Shown here: positions 61,710-64,000 of the stretch, piece by piece
Layout: the number at the start of each line of letters is the position of its first letter
Numbering within the stretch: the first letter of the stretch is position 1
Notes under the pieces: generated by a model
Seen by the model: only the letters and a program-made list of their open reading frames with translations
The model's database searches: none
What the model was told of the DNA's origin: nothing
NCBI GenBank assembly: GCA_973895155.1
Contig: OZ316891.1
Coordinates: 14,725,037 to 14,789,036, forward strand
Source: Marsupella aquatica
Taxonomy: Eukaryota > Plantae > Marchantiophyta
Length of the DNA: 64,000 bases
Direction: 5' to 3'
Position numbers and translations under genes: made by a program

Positions 61710-64000
61710 ATGCGTCCTCCCGACCAGGTATTGGCGGCTCGGCGTGAGAGGTACGCCAAAAACAAAGATGCCATTAATGAAAGGCGGAGGGCGAGGCGAG
61801 CACAGCATCGGCAACAACAAAATGGGGTGGTTGGAAATAATGGAGGGGCTATGCCGGGGGCTCCAACTGATGGGGTTCGGGCAGAGGCGAGCGCTCAACC
61901 AAACTTGGTTGGGCGTATGAACAGTGGGAGACAGCTTCGTCGTGAGGCTCGGGGCCAAGGGCAAGCATTGGAAAGGCCCCATGCCATTTCCAATATTAGT
62001 GTTGGTGATCCGAGCACATCGGTCTGCCAACCCATGGTTCCCTGTGACCCACATGTATTTGATGAAGGATGGCTCATTCAAGGTGCTTTGGATGAAAGTC
62101 AGATTCACCATCCTCCATTGGAGTTAGCCTCCAACGCGTCCTATGAGGCAGCATCACATGTTCAGCCGGAACCTTGCCTCTATGATGAGGAGTGGCTTAT
62201 CAATGGGGCGTTGGATGATGGGGGGATTGATTGTCCGCCGGAGGAACCGATGCACACTCGGGTGCACACTCACACTGAAACTCATTTGTTTGATGAGGAG
62301 TGGCTCATCAATGGGGCAATGGATGGCGGGTTTGATCAACATGCGGTGGGGGAATTATATGACGTTGAGGAAGATTATGTCAACGATGGGGATGGTGAAT
62401 TTGACACTTTTGTTGAGGGGACCTTGGAGCTGTCAAGTGGAGAAAGGGAACCGGATGTAGGGGCTGATGTTATGTTTGAAGTCCAGGAGAGTTTGGCAGC
62501 TGCACCAGTCACACCTGCATTGCGGAGCGAAGAAGAAATAGTGCGACGAAGACGAAGGGCACAACTAATCAGTCATCTTCCAAAGGCGCGAAGGCCGTTG
62601 GATCCTCATTTGGCCCGACATGGTTTGGGGCGTATGGACGTGGTTTGCCACACATGTGGGGCACTTCATTGGCTTCAGGAATGCAAAAAGGGCACCGAAA
62701 ACAATCCCCTTTTTAGTGCCTGCTGTGCGGACGGCAAGGTGAAATTGCCTCCTTTTGGTGCCCCACCCGAGCCTCTGCGAAGCTTGCTTACAAGGCAAGA
62801 CAATGTTGGGAAGAATTTCCACGACAACATAAGAGGTTATAACAATGCCTTGGCGTTTACCTCCATTGGTGCAAAAGTGGATGAGCACAATAATAGTCGA
62901 GGACCTTATTCCTTTCGTATCCAAGGAGCGTTGTACCATCTTGCGGGAAGCCTTTTGCCCCCTATAGGAGAAGGACCCAAATTTGTGCAATTGTACATTT
63001 ACGACACCGCCAATGAAATGGGGAATAGGTACCTTCCCCAATCCCATGACCACTTGCTCTTCCATCTTGCTTAGGTACATTTTCATATATCTCCAACCCA
63101 AGTGATTCTAATTGCTTTTGTTGCAGGCTCAACCGAATGCCGCACTTGGATCCAAGGATACTGGGTCAACTACAAGACATGTTGCATGAACATAATAGAT
63201 ATGTTCATCTATTTAAGAATGCAGGAAGTCGGATCGAGGGGGGCGATGTGCCAGAGGTATCTTTACGCCTCCTGGCCGAGCGCGACAGTGATCCAAGATG
63301 TTATAACAAGCCCACGGCTGATGAGATCGGCGTTGTCATGGTGGGTGATGAAGATATAGAGGTATGCCATAGGGACATCATCCTTAGGCAAACAGATGGG
63401 CATTTGTGCAGGATCTCTGAGTGGCATAGGTCTTATGCACCACTCCACTATGTTCTTCTTTTCCCGCGAGGCCAAGACGGATGGTCATATGATATCCCGT
63501 TGACGGGTTTTGAAATGAGTGACGGGGTTCTTCATCAAGCTGTTACCGGGGCAAGGAGTGGACGTAACGGGTCCAAGAAGGTCACCCAACTACAATACTT
63601 TGCATACCATCTTCATGCACGATGCAATGATGATTGGCTCCTTCGTGGTGGGCGGCTCCTAAAGCAGTACATTGTTGATGCCTACGCATGCATCGATCAA
63701 ACACGCTTGACGTATATTCGCAATAATCAATGAAAATTGCGGACTGACCTATATTCGGGTCTTCAAGATGCCGTGCACGAAGGAGATGCACGCGCAAGTG
63801 AGTTGGGAAAGACTTTCATCCTGCCCTCGACTTGTGGCAGTAGCGCACGTAGCATGGCCCAAGCATACCAGGATGCCATGGCTGTCGTACGCACATACGT
63901 CCCGCCAGATCTCTTCATCACGTTCACTTGCAATCCAGAATGGCCGGAGATCAAAGCTGAGTGCTTTGAGGTTCAAAGTCCAGCCGACCGGGATGAGATT
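61710..64000 (+). pseudogene. Helitron Rep/helicase (RepHel) N-terminal part; intron 63029-63126; premature TGA at 63731-63733
   Basis: CHTCGALHW..E, CCADGKV.LP, NIRGYNNALAFTS.G, FRIQG..YH..GSLLP, F.QLYIYD, LHYVLLFPRG..GW and GRLLKQYIVDAY. After the stop the same frame continues KLRTDLYSGLQDA...ILPST...YQDAMA...PDLFITFTCNPEWPEI. Confidence 0.9.

Larger units (their letters stand above)
59565..64000 (+). mobile_element. Helitron, 5' portion (runs off the window)
   Basis: RepHel coding sequence starts at ~61710. Putative 5' end A|TCAGAAACTATAATACAAAG at 59565, where composition shifts to GC-rich repeats; this boundary is tentative. Confidence 0.75.

Overview
Eukaryotic, intron-containing DNA from a land plant, probably a bryophyte or other seed-free plant (inferred from the U1-C sequence and intron style). 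The window is gene-poor and rich in transposons. The main feature is a complete 10.9-kb CACTA (En/Spm) element at 16946-27834, with CACTA...TAGTG ends and an ATT target-site duplication. It carries a frameshifted TnpD/Tnp2 transposase on the - strand and a divergently transcribed TnpA-like ORF2 on the + strand. Unexpectedly, an intact SET-domain exon is nested in the predicted first coding intron of the transposase. The phase-0 donor of the first exon, which is Cys/His-rich, can splice in frame to either the SET exon or the transposase, suggesting a transposon-encoded chromatin writer made by alternative splicing. Also present: a 5-exon U1 snRNP C gene, an intronless MAPKKK-like kinase, a small stand-alone chromodomain ORF, the 5' part of a Helitron (RepHel with a premature stop), a MITE-like family with 8-bp TSDs, and several tandem repeats. 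All domain calls come from motif recognition by eye; no database searches were run.
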